Sequence record: ON528728
Direction: 5' to 3' (one strand)
Origin: Shigella phage ESh18
Length of the DNA stretch: 64,000 nt
In this document: positions 1 through 8,806 of the stretch, in pieces
How the letters are laid out: each line of letters begins with the position of its first letter
Numbering within the stretch: the stretch's first letter is position 1
Program-made: the position numbers and the translations under genes
The notes under the pieces: generated by a model
Seen by the model: the letters and a program-made list of their open reading frames with translations, nothing else
What the model was told of the DNA's origin: nothing
Database searches by the model: none

Positions 1-156
1 ACATTAGAAGGTTTAGAAGAACTTGAAGCTTATTATAAGAAAAGAGTTAAAGAAACTGAATTAAAAGATACTGATGACATCTCAGTCAGAGATGCTTTGG
101 CAGGAAAAAGAGCTGAATTAGAAGATTCAGACGATGAAGTAGAAGAAAGCTTTTAA
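1..156 (+). CDS. 3' end of an upstream gene (acidic helical C-terminus; start lies outside window)
   Basis: Frame 1 open from window edge to TAA at 154-156; position upstream of uvsY suggests a uvsW.1-like gene (recall, unverified). Confidence 0.4.
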   Translation, partial: TLEGLEELEAYYKKRVKETELKDTDDISVRDALAGKRAELEDSDDEVEESF

Positions 157-211
157 ATTAAAAAAGGCCCAACCAAAAAGGAAGGGCCAAAACTATAGAC
201 TAAAGGTCACA

Positions 212-379
212 CTATAGCAAAAGTTGCGTTTCATTTAATTGTTCTTCCGAACTTTCTGAAACTGGTAGTTCTTTAATGTAATTATAACAAGGCCCAGGAT
301 GTGCAGGACCTTTGTCTGTTTCAACAACCAATGCAGAATCGATTGGAGTTTTACAGACAACGCAAATCTTATCTGACAT
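212..379 (-). CDS. small Cys-containing protein, 55 aa (below ORF-track cutoff)
   Basis: ATG ending at 379 preceded by GAGGAG; CVVC and PC motifs; fills the gap between flanking genes. Confidence 0.4.
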   Translation of the reverse strand: MSDKICVVCKTPIDSALVVETDKGPAHPGPCYNYIKELPVSESSEEQLNETQLLL

Positions 380-407
380 GATTGTCTCCTCTAAATTATA
401 TATCTAT

Positions 408-632
408 TTATATAACTCTCATATGCATATCAATGCCCATATCTTTAGAATAAAAATATTCATCAAGATATCCGGCAAATTTTCCTTTAATATAAAGGAC
501 ATCTTCACCACACGGGTGGTCGGCCAGGATACGAATATCCTGACGCTTAAGATTATGCTTTTTCATTAAGAATTGAATCTCAGTTTCAAATTCTTCTTCA
601 TAATTAAAAGCATCATCAATGCTATATCTCAT
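408..632 (-). CDS. hypothetical protein, 74 aa
   Basis: ORF track; stop/start overlap with uvsY. Confidence 0.5.
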   Translation of the reverse strand: MRYSIDDAFNYEEEFETEIQFLMKKHNLKRQDIRILADHPCGEDVLYIKGKFAGYLDEYFYSKDMGIDMHMRVI

Positions 633-1045
633 TATTTTCCAGCCTCAAATGCCCGCATGTCTTGAATATGCTTAATAGCAAATCCGCGTGATTTGATAGC
701 ATCAAGAGCTCCACTACAGAAATCTAATAAAATCCCCCAATACTGCAGCGAGGTATCAACCTTTAAAACATCCTTATCAGCTGATAGAACTGTCTTCATT
801 TCTGATTTCTCGTAACGATCCATACTAAATTCATCACCATCTCCTCGTCCCGAGTAGTAGTCTAATTTAGCTTTAAGAGCAACTTTCTTTTGCGCGTCAA
901 TTCTAAGCATTTCCTTTTTAATACTTGAATGCTTATTAAGCCATTTACTATATAACATCACATTATTAGCTGCTTCATACTGTAATTTAGTCGAATCTAT
1001 AAACACATCTTTCTTCAATTCTTCTTGAAGATCTTCTAATTTCAT
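632..1045 (-). CDS. uvsY: UvsY recombination mediator
   Basis: 137 aa, same length as T4 UvsY; synteny next to gene 25. Confidence 0.85.
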   Translation of the reverse strand: MKLEDLQEELKKDVFIDSTKLQYEAANNVMLYSKWLNKHSSIKKEMLRIDAQKKVALKAKLDYYSGRGDGDEFSMDRYEKSEMKTVLSADKDVLKVDTSLQYWGILLDFCSGALDAIKSRGFAIKHIQDMRAFEAGK

Positions 1046-1085
1046 ATTGTTCTCTATTCAATTGTTATTGGATGGACTTAGATTC

Positions 1086-1111
1086 ATTATACCACGTTTA
1101 TACGTGAAGCA
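1086..1111 (-). promoter_or_regulatory. middle promoter for uvsY: MotA box TGCTTCA (1105-1111), 13-bp spacer, -10 TATAAT (1086-1091)
   Basis: Read on minus strand as aaTGCTTCA-N13-TATAAT, about 40 nt upstream of the uvsY ATG; matches T4 middle-promoter architecture. Confidence 0.55.
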
Positions 1112-1510
1112 TTATACTCTATTACTGGAAGCCAGTTGCAGTTTTATCTGCTCAATATCATCAGGATTATCGATGACCGAAAAGCGTATTTCTACTATCA
1201 GAGTATAATCATCATAAACCGGTATCACATTAACTGATAATTTATCAATACGTGGCTCATAGTTTCTTACCGCGCTTTCGATATTACGCTCAACCGTGTC
1301 AGCAGTAAGAGGAGTCATATTCTCAAAAAGTTGGTCAGATAAATCGCATCCAAATTCTGGGTCAAATGGCCTTGACCCTTTTCTGGTTGTAATAATTCCC
1401 AAAAGGCTATTTTTAATTGACCTTAATCCAAGGGATCTAGAAACGTCTTTGTCCCAATCCATTTTCATTTCTGGGTCAATGTCAGAATAAAGCTTATTAA
1501 TATTTGCCAT
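1112..1510 (-). CDS. 25: baseplate wedge protein gp25
   Basis: 132 aa; sequence recognised as T4 gp25 ([15 protein letters not shown]...). Confidence 0.9.
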   Translation of the reverse strand: MANINKLYSDIDPEMKMDWDKDVSRSLGLRSIKNSLLGIITTRKGSRPFDPEFGCDLSDQLFENMTPLTADTVERNIESAVRNYEPRIDKLSVNVIPVYDDYTLIVEIRFSVIDNPDDIEQIKLQLASSNRV

Positions 1511-2136
1511 TACAATAGCTCAAAGAATTCTTTGAGTCCTCTTATTACATGAGCATGGGTTTTTCCACACTCTGGACACTTAATTGGAACAGCCAAATAA
1601 ACAGTAGGTTTTAAAAGCATATCTTTTATAGCTACAATATCTGACTCTGTGATGATAGAATATAAATCTTCCAGTTCTTTTTCATTTAAGTCTTCAACTG
1701 GAATGCTTTCCCCGTTAGCGTGAATCGTTTCTATACATGATACTATCATGTGGGCTATATTTTTATCATCAAAAATTTTAGGGTAATGGAACTTAATTTT
1801 AATGTCACCCAGTGTATACCAGAGGTCTTCTGGTGCATCTATTTGTGTATGTAATAGATTTATATGGGTTGGTATTTCAGTTCCACAGGTGCACTTCCAG
1901 GAGTTTTCGTGATTAACTTCACCAAGAGAATGTGCCCATAAATGAATCAACAATAGTTCTGATTCTTGGCGGTTTAAATCTTTTGCATTTGTGCAGTCTT
2001 TGATTAGCTTTTTAACAATTACTTCTACGGAACCATTATTTTTGGCAGTAATAAGTTCTAGATATTCTTTAAGCGTGAATGCGCGACAATTGATTATTTT
2101 AGAACCAACTCTCACATCAAATTTGTATTCATACAT
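1510..2136 (-). CDS. 26: baseplate hub protein gp26
   Basis: 208 aa as in T4; stop overlaps gene 25 start. Confidence 0.85.
   Translation of the reverse strand: MYEYKFDVRVGSKIINCRAFTLKEYLELITAKNNGSVEVIVKKLIKDCTNAKDLNRQESELLLIHLWAHSLGEVNHENSWKCTCGTEIPTHINLLHTQIDAPEDLWYTLGDIKIKFHYPKIFDDKNIAHMIVSCIETIHANGESIPVEDLNEKELEDLYSIITESDIVAIKDMLLKPTVYLAVPIKCPECGKTHAHVIRGLKEFFELL
1519..1543 (-). promoter_or_regulatory. gene 25 translation-initiation hairpin separating SD from AUG
   Basis: Perfect palindrome CTCAAAGAATTCTTTGAG (1519-1536) lies between SD AAGAGGA (1537-1543) and the ATG at 1510, 8 nt after the stem; known split-SD arrangement of T4 gene 25. Confidence 0.7.
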
Positions 2137-2157
2137 ATTTAGCTCCTTTATTTATCA

Positions 2158-2169
2158 TATTTATAAATA
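2158..2169. promoter_or_regulatory. bidirectional late promoter: TATAAATA on both strands inside palindrome TATTTATAAATA
   Basis: Plus-strand TATAAATA at 2162-2169 (gene 51 ATG 2187); minus-strand TATAAATA at 2158-2165 (gene 26 ATG 2136). Confidence 0.6.
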
Positions 2170-2186
2170 GAATAAAAGGAGCATCT

Positions 2187-2936
2187 ATGGCAAACATTAT
2201 TCGTTGTAAATTACCAGATGGTGTTCATCGTTTTAAACCATTTACGGTAGAAGATTATCGAGATTTTTTGTTAGTTCGAAACGATATAGAACATCGGTCA
2301 CCACAAGAACAAAAAGAAATAATTGCTGATTTAATTGCCGATTATTTTGGAGACTATCCGAAGACTTGGCAACCATTTATATTTTTGCAGGTATTTGTAG
2401 GGTCAATAGGTAAAACTAAAGTACCGGTCACATTTGTATGTCCAAAATGTAAAAAAGAAAAGACAGTTCCATTTGAAATATATCAAAAAGAATTAAAGGA
2501 ACCTGTTTTTGATGTAGCTAATGTTAAAATTAAATTAAAGTTTCCTTCTGAGTTTTATGAAAATAAAGCAAAGATGATTACTGAAAATATTCATTCTGTT
2601 CAAGTAGATGAAATATGGTATGATTGGAAGGAAATTAGCGAGTCCAGTCAAATAGAACTAGTTGACGCCATCGAGATAGAAACATTAGAAAAAATTCTCG
2701 ATGCAATGAATCCTATTAATTTAACTCTACATATGTCATGCTGTAATAAGTACATTAAAAAATACACTGATATAGTAGACGTGTTTAAGCTATTAGTTAA
2801 CCCAGATGAGATATTTACTTTTTATCAAATTAATCACACACTCGTAAAAAGTAATTATAGCTTAAATTCAATAATGAAAATGATTCCTGCCGAGCGCGGA
2901 TTCGTATTAAAACTGATTGAGAAGGATAAACAATAA
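2187..2936 (+). CDS. 51: baseplate hub assembly protein gp51
   Basis: 249 aa as in T4; synteny. Confidence 0.85.
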   Translation: MANIIRCKLPDGVHRFKPFTVEDYRDFLLVRNDIEHRSPQEQKEIIADLIADYFGDYPKTWQPFIFLQVFVGSIGKTKVPVTFVCPKCKKEKTVPFEIYQKELKEPVFDVANVKIKLKFPSEFYENKAKMITENIHSVQVDEIWYDWKEISESSQIELVDAIEIETLEKILDAMNPINLTLHMSCCNKYIKKYTDIVDVFKLLVNPDEIFTFYQINHTLVKSNYSLNSIMKMIPAERGFVLKLIEKDKQ

Positions 2937-4108
2937 TGAGTATGTTGCAACGCCCCGGATATCCAAATCTCAGCGTTAAATTATTTGATAGCTACGACGC
3001 TTGGAGTAATAATAGATTTGTTGAATTAGCTGCTACTATTACCACATTAACTATGCGGGATTCTCTTTATGGACGAAATGAAGGAATGCTGCAGTTTTAT
3101 GATTCTAAAAATATCCACACAAAAATGGATGGAAATGAAATAATTCAAATTTCTGTAGCTAATGCAAACGATATTAATAATGTTAAAACACGAATTTATG
3201 GATGCAAGCATTTTTCCGTGTCAGTAGATTCAAAAGGCGATAACATCATTGCTATTGAATTGGGAACTATTCATTCTATAGAAAATCTTAAATTTGGTAG
3301 ACCATTTTTCCCTGATGCAGGTGAATCTATAAAAGAAATGCTTGGTGTCATTTATCAAGACCGCACATTATTAACTCCAGCAATAAATGCTATAAATGCT
3401 TATGTTCCTGATATTCCATGGACTAGTACATTTGAAAATTATTTGTCCTATGTAAGAGAAGTTGCTCTAGCTGTAGGAAGTGACAAATTTGTATTTGTGT
3501 GGCAAGACATCATGGGAGTTAACATGATGGACTATGATATGATGATAAATCAAGAACCATATCCAATGATTGTAGGTGAGCCAACTTTAATAGGTCAATT
3601 CGTCCAAGAATTGAAATATCCATTAGCATATGATTTTGTTTGGTTGACTAAATCAAACCCGCATAAACGTGATCCAATGAAAAATGCTACTATCTATGCT
3701 CATTCGTTTTTAGATTCTTCACTGCCAATGATTACTACAGGAAAGGGTGAAAACTCTATTGTAGTGTCAAGGTCAGGTGCTTATTCTGAAATGACTTATA
3801 GAAATGGATATGAAGAAGCTATTCGTCTTCAGACTATGGCGCAATATGATGGCTATGCTAAATGTTCTACTGTCGGTAATTTTAACTTGACTCCTGGCGT
3901 TAAAATTATTTTTAATGATAGTAAAAACCAATTTAAAACAGAATTTTACGTTGATGAAGTTATTCACGAATTATCAAATAATAATTCCGTAACTCATCTT
4001 TACATGTTCACTAATGCAACGAAACTGGAAACAATCGACCCAGTTAAGGTTAAAAATGAATTTAAAACTGATACTACCACTGAAGAAAGTAGTTCTTCCG
4101 ATAAGTAA
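2936..4108 (+). CDS. 27: baseplate hub protein gp27
   Basis: 390 aa (T4 about 391); synteny. Confidence 0.9.
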   Translation: MSMLQRPGYPNLSVKLFDSYDAWSNNRFVELAATITTLTMRDSLYGRNEGMLQFYDSKNIHTKMDGNEIIQISVANANDINNVKTRIYGCKHFSVSVDSKGDNIIAIELGTIHSIENLKFGRPFFPDAGESIKEMLGVIYQDRTLLTPAINAINAYVPDIPWTSTFENYLSYVREVALAVGSDKFVFVWQDIMGVNMMDYDMMINQEPYPMIVGEPTLIGQFVQELKYPLAYDFVWLTKSNPHKRDPMKNATIYAHSFLDSSLPMITTGKGENSIVVSRSGAYSEMTYRNGYEEAIRLQTMAQYDGYAKCSTVGNFNLTPGVKIIFNDSKNQFKTEFYVDEVIHELSNNNSVTHLYMFTNATKLETIDPVKVKNEFKTDTTTEESSSSDK

Positions 4109-4589
4109 TAAAGAAGTTTCTATTCCTAAGATGGGTCTTAAACATTATAACATTTTAAAAGATGTTAAAGGTCCTGATGAAAATTTAAAGCTTCTTATTG
4201 ATTCTATTTGTCCAAATTTATCACCGGCAGAAGTTGATTTCGTTTCTATTCATTTGCTAGAATTTAATGGAAAGATTAAATCTCGTAAAGAAATAGATGG
4301 TTATACTTATGATATTAATGACGTTTATGTATGCCAAAGATTGGAATTTCAATACCAAGGAAATACATTTTATTTTAGACCTCCTGGAAAATTTGAACAA
4401 TTTTTAACTGTAAGCGATATGTTATCCAAATGCTTGCTTAAGATCAATGATGAAGTTAAAGAAATTAATTTTCTTGAGATGCCAGCATTTGTTTTAAAAT
4501 GGGCAAATGATATTTCTACAACTTTAGCAATTCCTGGCCCTAATGGTCCAATAACCGGAATTGGCAATATTATTGGATTATTTGAATGA
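4056..4589 (+). CDS. 28: baseplate hub protein gp28
   Basis: Internal ATG at 4056 with AAGG upstream gives 177 aa, the T4 gp28 length; ORF-track start 4014 lies inside gene 27. Confidence 0.75.
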   Translation: MNLKLILPLKKVVLPISNKEVSIPKMGLKHYNILKDVKGPDENLKLLIDSICPNLSPAEVDFVSIHLLEFNGKIKSRKEIDGYTYDINDVYVCQRLEFQYQGNTFYFRPPGKFEQFLTVSDMLSKCLLKINDEVKEINFLEMPAFVLKWANDISTTLAIPGPNGPITGIGNIIGLFE

Positions 4590-6358
4590 AAAAGCCACAA
4601 GAAATGCAAACGATGCGTAGAAAAGTTATTTCAGATAATAAACCAACACAGGAAGCGGCTAAATCCGCTTCTAATACTTTATCTGGTCTTAATAACATTT
4701 CTACAAAATTAGATGATGCTCAAGCTGCCTCTGAATTAATAGCTCAAACTGTCGAAGAAAAATCGAATGAAATAGTTGGAGCAATTGACAACGTAGAAAG
4801 CGCAGTGAGTGATACTACCGCAGGTTCTGAGTTAATTGCCGAAACTGTTGAAATTGGCAATAATATCAATAAAGAAATAGGCGAATCACTCGGAAGCAAA
4901 TTAGATAAATTAACGAGTTTATTAGAACAAAAAATTCAGACAGCTGGAATTCAACAGACTGGAACGAGTTTAGCAGTAGTCGAAAATGCTATTCCTGTTA
5001 AAGTTGTTGAGGATGATACAGCTGAATCTGTGGGTCCTTTATTACCGGCCCCTGAAGCAGTTAATAATGATCCTGACGCTGATTTTTTCCCTACCCCTCA
5101 GCCAGTTGAACCCAAACAAGAATCGCCAGAAGAAAAACAGAAAAAAGAAGCATTTAACTTAAAATTATCTCAAGCTTTAGATAAATTAACGAAGACTGTT
5201 GATTTTGGATTTAAAAAATCCATTTCAATTACTGATAAAATATCAAGCATGCTATTTAAGTACACCGTCAGTGCTGCTATTGAAGCTGCTAAAATGACTG
5301 CAATGATATTGGCTGTTGTTGTTGGAATAGACCTGTTGATGGTTCATTTTAAATACTGGTCAGATAAATTTTCAAAAGCCTGGGATTTATATAGTGGCAA
5401 CTTTACTAAATTCTCTAGCGAAACCGGAACATGGGGTCCTTTATTACAGAGCATCTTTGATTCTATTGATAAAATTAAACAACTTTGGGAAGCGGGAGAT
5501 TGGGGTGGATTGACAGCAGCTATTGTTGAAGGACTCGGAAGTGTTCTTTTTAATTTAGGTGAACTTATTCAATTAGGTATGGCTAAATTATCTGCAGCAA
5601 TTCTTCGAGTCATTCCTGGTATGAAGGATACTGCTGATGAAGTAGAAGGAAGAGCATTAGAAAATTTCCAAAATTCTACTGGAGCATCTCTCAATAAAGA
5701 AGACCAGGAAAAAGTTGCAAATTATCAAGATAAACGAATGAACGGAGACCTTGGTCCGATAGCAAAAGGATTAGATAAAATTGCTAATTGGAAAACTCGT
5801 GCATCTAATTGGATTCGTGGGGTTGATAATAAAGAAGCACTAACTACCGACGAAGAACGTGCAGCAGAAGAAGAAAAATTAAAGCAACTTTCACCTGAAG
5901 AAAGAAAAAATGCTTTAATGAAGGCTAATGAAGCTCGGGCCGCGATGATTCGTTTTGAAAAATATGCTGATTCGGCTGATATGAGTAAAGACTCAACGGT
6001 TAAATCAGTTGAAGCTGCTTATGAAGACCTTAAAAAACGAATGGATGACCCGGATTTAAATAATTCACCGGCAGTTAAAAAAGAACTTGCTGCTAGATTT
6101 TCTAAAATTGATGCTACTTATCAAGAGCTCAAGAAAAATCAGCCTAATGCCAAACCTGAAACTTCTGCTAAATCGCCAGAAGCAAAACAAGTCCAGGTAA
6201 TAGAAAAGAACAAAGCACAGCAAGCTCCTGTTCAACAAGCATCTCCTTCAATCAATAATACTAATAATGTTATTAAGAAAAATACTGTCGTTCATAATAT
6301 GACACCCGTAACGAGCACGACTGCTCCTGGTGTATTTGATGCGACTGGAGTTAATTAA
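4586..6358 (+). CDS. 29: gp29 baseplate hub / tail length determinant
   Basis: 590 aa as in T4; ATGA overlap with gene 28. Confidence 0.9.
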   Translation: MKKPQEMQTMRRKVISDNKPTQEAAKSASNTLSGLNNISTKLDDAQAASELIAQTVEEKSNEIVGAIDNVESAVSDTTAGSELIAETVEIGNNINKEIGESLGSKLDKLTSLLEQKIQTAGIQQTGTSLAVVENAIPVKVVEDDTAESVGPLLPAPEAVNNDPDADFFPTPQPVEPKQESPEEKQKKEAFNLKLSQALDKLTKTVDFGFKKSISITDKISSMLFKYTVSAAIEAAKMTAMILAVVVGIDLLMVHFKYWSDKFSKAWDLYSGNFTKFSSETGTWGPLLQSIFDSIDKIKQLWEAGDWGGLTAAIVEGLGSVLFNLGELIQLGMAKLSAAILRVIPGMKDTADEVEGRALENFQNSTGASLNKEDQEKVANYQDKRMNGDLGPIAKGLDKIANWKTRASNWIRGVDNKEALTTDEERAAEEEKLKQLSPEERKNALMKANEARAAMIRFEKYADSADMSKDSTVKSVEAAYEDLKKRMDDPDLNNSPAVKKELAARFSKIDATYQELKKNQPNAKPETSAKSPEAKQVQVIEKNKAQQAPVQQASPSINNTNNVIKKNTVVHNMTPVTSTTAPGVFDATGVN

Positions 6359-6366
6359 GGAATAAT

Positions 6367-7461
6367 ATGGCAATTGTTAAAGAAATAACTGCTGATTTAA
6401 TTAAAAAGTCCGGTGAGAAAATTTCAGCCGGACAGAGTACTAAATCAGAAGTAGCAACTAAAACATACACTGCCCAGTTTCCAACTGGGCGTGCTAGTGG
6501 TAATGACACTACAGGGGACTTCCAGGTAACAGATCTATATAAGAATGGATTATTATTTACTGCATACAATATGTCATCTAGGGATTCTGGAAGTCTTAGA
6601 TCGATGAGATCTAACTACTCTTCTTCATCTTCGAGTATTTTAAGTACAGCTAGAAACACTATTAGTAGTACAGTATCAAAACTATCAAATGGATTAATAT
6701 CAAATAACAATTCAGGAACAATAAGTAAAGCTCCTGTCGCAAACATTCTTTTACCGAGATCTAAATCTGATGTTGATACATCATCACACAGATTTAATGA
6801 TGTTCAAGAAAGTCTTATCAGCAGAGGCGGAGGTACTGCTACTGGTGTGTTAAGTAATATTGCTTCAACTGCAGTGTTTGGGGCACTGGAAAGTATAACA
6901 CAAGGTATAATGGCTGATAATAATGAACAGATTTATACGACAGCCAGAAGTATGTATGGTGGTGCTGAGAATAGAACTAAAGTGTTTACATGGGATTTGA
7001 CTCCACGTTCAACAGAAGATTTGATGGCTATTATTAATATCTATCAATATTTTAACTATTTTTCTTATGGTGAAACTGGTAAATCTCAATATGCTGCTGA
7101 AATAAAGGGGTATTTAGATGATTGGTATCGTTCTACGTTAATTGAACCTTTATCTCCGGAAGACGCAGCTAAAAATAAAACACTATTTGAGAAAATGACA
7201 TCAAGTTTAACTAACGTTTTAGTAGTTTCAAACCCGACAATTTGGATGGTGAAAAACTTTGGCGCAACATCTAAGTTTGATGGAAAAACGGAAATATTTG
7301 GTCCATGCCAAATACAGAGCATCAGATTTGATAAAACGCCTAATGGTAACTTTAACGGATTAGCTATTGCTCCAAACCTCCCTAGTACATTTACTCTTGA
7401 GATTACTATGAGAGAAATTATCACGTTAAACCGTGCTTCTTTATATGCGGGGACTTTTTAA
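6367..7461 (+). CDS. 48: gp48 baseplate tail-tube junction protein
   Basis: 364 aa as in T4; synteny. Confidence 0.85.
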   Translation: MAIVKEITADLIKKSGEKISAGQSTKSEVATKTYTAQFPTGRASGNDTTGDFQVTDLYKNGLLFTAYNMSSRDSGSLRSMRSNYSSSSSSILSTARNTISSTVSKLSNGLISNNNSGTISKAPVANILLPRSKSDVDTSSHRFNDVQESLISRGGGTATGVLSNIASTAVFGALESITQGIMADNNEQIYTTARSMYGGAENRTKVFTWDLTPRSTEDLMAIINIYQYFNYFSYGETGKSQYAAEIKGYLDDWYRSTLIEPLSPEDAAKNKTLFEKMTSSLTNVLVVSNPTIWMVKNFGATSKFDGKTEIFGPCQIQSIRFDKTPNGNFNGLAIAPNLPSTFTLEITMREIITLNRASLYAGTF

Positions 7462-8426
7462 TGTATTCTTTAGAGGAATTTAATAATCAAGCAATAAACG
7501 CAGATTTTCAACGTAATAATATGTTTAGCTGCGTTTTTGCGACAACTCCATCAACTAAAAGCTCTTCGTTGATAAGTTCAATTAGCAACTTTTCTTATAA
7601 TAACTTGGGTCTAAATTCAGATTGGTTAGGATTGACTCAAGGCGATATTAATCAGGGAATTACCACGCTAATTACTGCTGGCACACAAAAACTGATAAGA
7701 AAATCAGGGGTTAGTAAATATCTTATTGGTGCCATGAGTCAACGTACAGTTCAAAGTTTATTGGGTTCATTTACAGTTGGTACATATTTAATTGACTTCT
7801 TTAATATGGCATATAATTCATCTGGATTGATGATATACTCTGTAAAAATGCCAGAGAATAGATTATCCTATGAAACTGACTGGAACTATAACTCTCCTAA
7901 TATTCGTATAACTGGGAGAGAATTAGACCCTTTGGTTATTTCATTTAGAATGGATTCAGAAGCTTGTAACTATCGTGCAATGCAAGACTGGGTTAACGCT
8001 GTTCAAGACCCAGTAACTGGACTGCGTGCTTTGCCACAAGATGTTGAGGCAGATATTCAGGTTAATCTTCATGCTCGTAATGGATTACCTCATACTGCAG
8101 TGATGTTCACCGGATGCATTCCAGTGTCAGTGAGCGCTCCTGAGCTATCATATGATGGAGATAACCAAATAACTACATTTGATGTTACTTTTGCGTATAG
8201 AGTCATGCAGGCTGGGTCGGTTGATAGACAAGCTGCGCTTGAGTGGCTTGAATCTGCTGCTATAAATGGCATTCAAAGCGTTCTCGGAAATAGTGGAGGT
8301 GTTACTGGACTATCTAATTCGCTTTCACGACTTAGTAGATTAGGAGGAACTGCGGGAAGCATTTCAAACATTAATACTATGACGGGAATTGTCAATTCGC
8401 AAAGTAAAATATTAGGAGCAATATAA
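7461..8426 (+). CDS. 54: gp54 baseplate tail-tube initiator
   Basis: 321 aa; synteny after gene 48. Confidence 0.85.
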   Translation: MYSLEEFNNQAINADFQRNNMFSCVFATTPSTKSSSLISSISNFSYNNLGLNSDWLGLTQGDINQGITTLITAGTQKLIRKSGVSKYLIGAMSQRTVQSLLGSFTVGTYLIDFFNMAYNSSGLMIYSVKMPENRLSYETDWNYNSPNIRITGRELDPLVISFRMDSEACNYRAMQDWVNAVQDPVTGLRALPQDVEADIQVNLHARNGLPHTAVMFTGCIPVSVSAPELSYDGDNQITTFDVTFAYRVMQAGSVDRQAALEWLESAAINGIQSVLGNSGGVTGLSNSLSRLSRLGGTAGSISNINTMTGIVNSQSKILGAI

Positions 8427-8430
8427 CAAT

Positions 8431-8460
8431 GGGGACCTTTCGGTCCCCATATTTTTATTT
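8431..8460 (+). terminator. factor-independent terminator after gene 54 (possibly bidirectional)
   Basis: GGGGACC-TTTC-GGTCCCC stem-loop 8431-8448 followed by ATATTTTTATTT. Confidence 0.75.
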
Positions 8461-8745
8461 ACGGAATGAAATAAAAGCAGCAACTGAAGCAACTAAACTG
8501 TCTTCAATATAAACTTCAATTTTTACCGGAGCTTCTGACTCAAATTTACCTGTTACTACACCTTGGAAAATGCTTTCAGTCTGCTCTGGCTTTGAAAAAT
8601 TTTCAGAAGGAAAAATTCCGAACTTTTTATCTGTTCCAAAAATTTTGATAAATTCATCATAAACTGCTTCATTAAAAGCATTATCAGCAGGAATAACGCC
8701 TTCAACTACAAGTTCTTGACCTAAAAAGCGCAAAGAAGATTTCAT
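8455..8745 (-). CDS. hypothetical protein, 96 aa
   Basis: ORF track; SD GAGGA before ATG; own early promoter upstream. Confidence 0.6.
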   Translation of the reverse strand: MKSSLRFLGQELVVEGVIPADNAFNEAVYDEFIKIFGTDKKFGIFPSENFSKPEQTESIFQGVVTGKFESEAPVKIEVYIEDSLVASVAAFISFRK

Positions 8746-8776
8746 TTTGTGTTCCTCATGTTATGTCAGTAAAACT

Positions 8777-8806
8777 ATTGTAACACAACACGAGGGACTT
8801 GTAAAC
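8777..8806 (-). promoter_or_regulatory. early (sigma70-type) promoter: -35 GTTTAC, 18-bp spacer, -10 TACAAT
   Basis: Minus strand GTTTACaagtccctcgtgttgtgtTACAAT; core identical to the promoter at 24124-24153. Confidence 0.6.

Noticed and set aside
161-190. Possible terminator GGCC...GGCC after the first partial gene
   Set aside because: Only 4 bp of stem with a 14-nt loop and no U-tract; too weak to call.
312-569. Plus-strand 85-aa ORF, and many similar antisense ORFs in the track (for example 1296-1490, 3773-3967, 4370-4609, 7086-7424, 9288-9515, 11795-12052, 12459-12713, 14679-14930, 14939-15202, 26014-26350, 33372-33776, 37792-38034, 54413-54775)
   Set aside because: They lie antisense to or nested within long, well-supported genes, lack RBS, and have low-complexity AT-driven translations; treated as chance ORFs.
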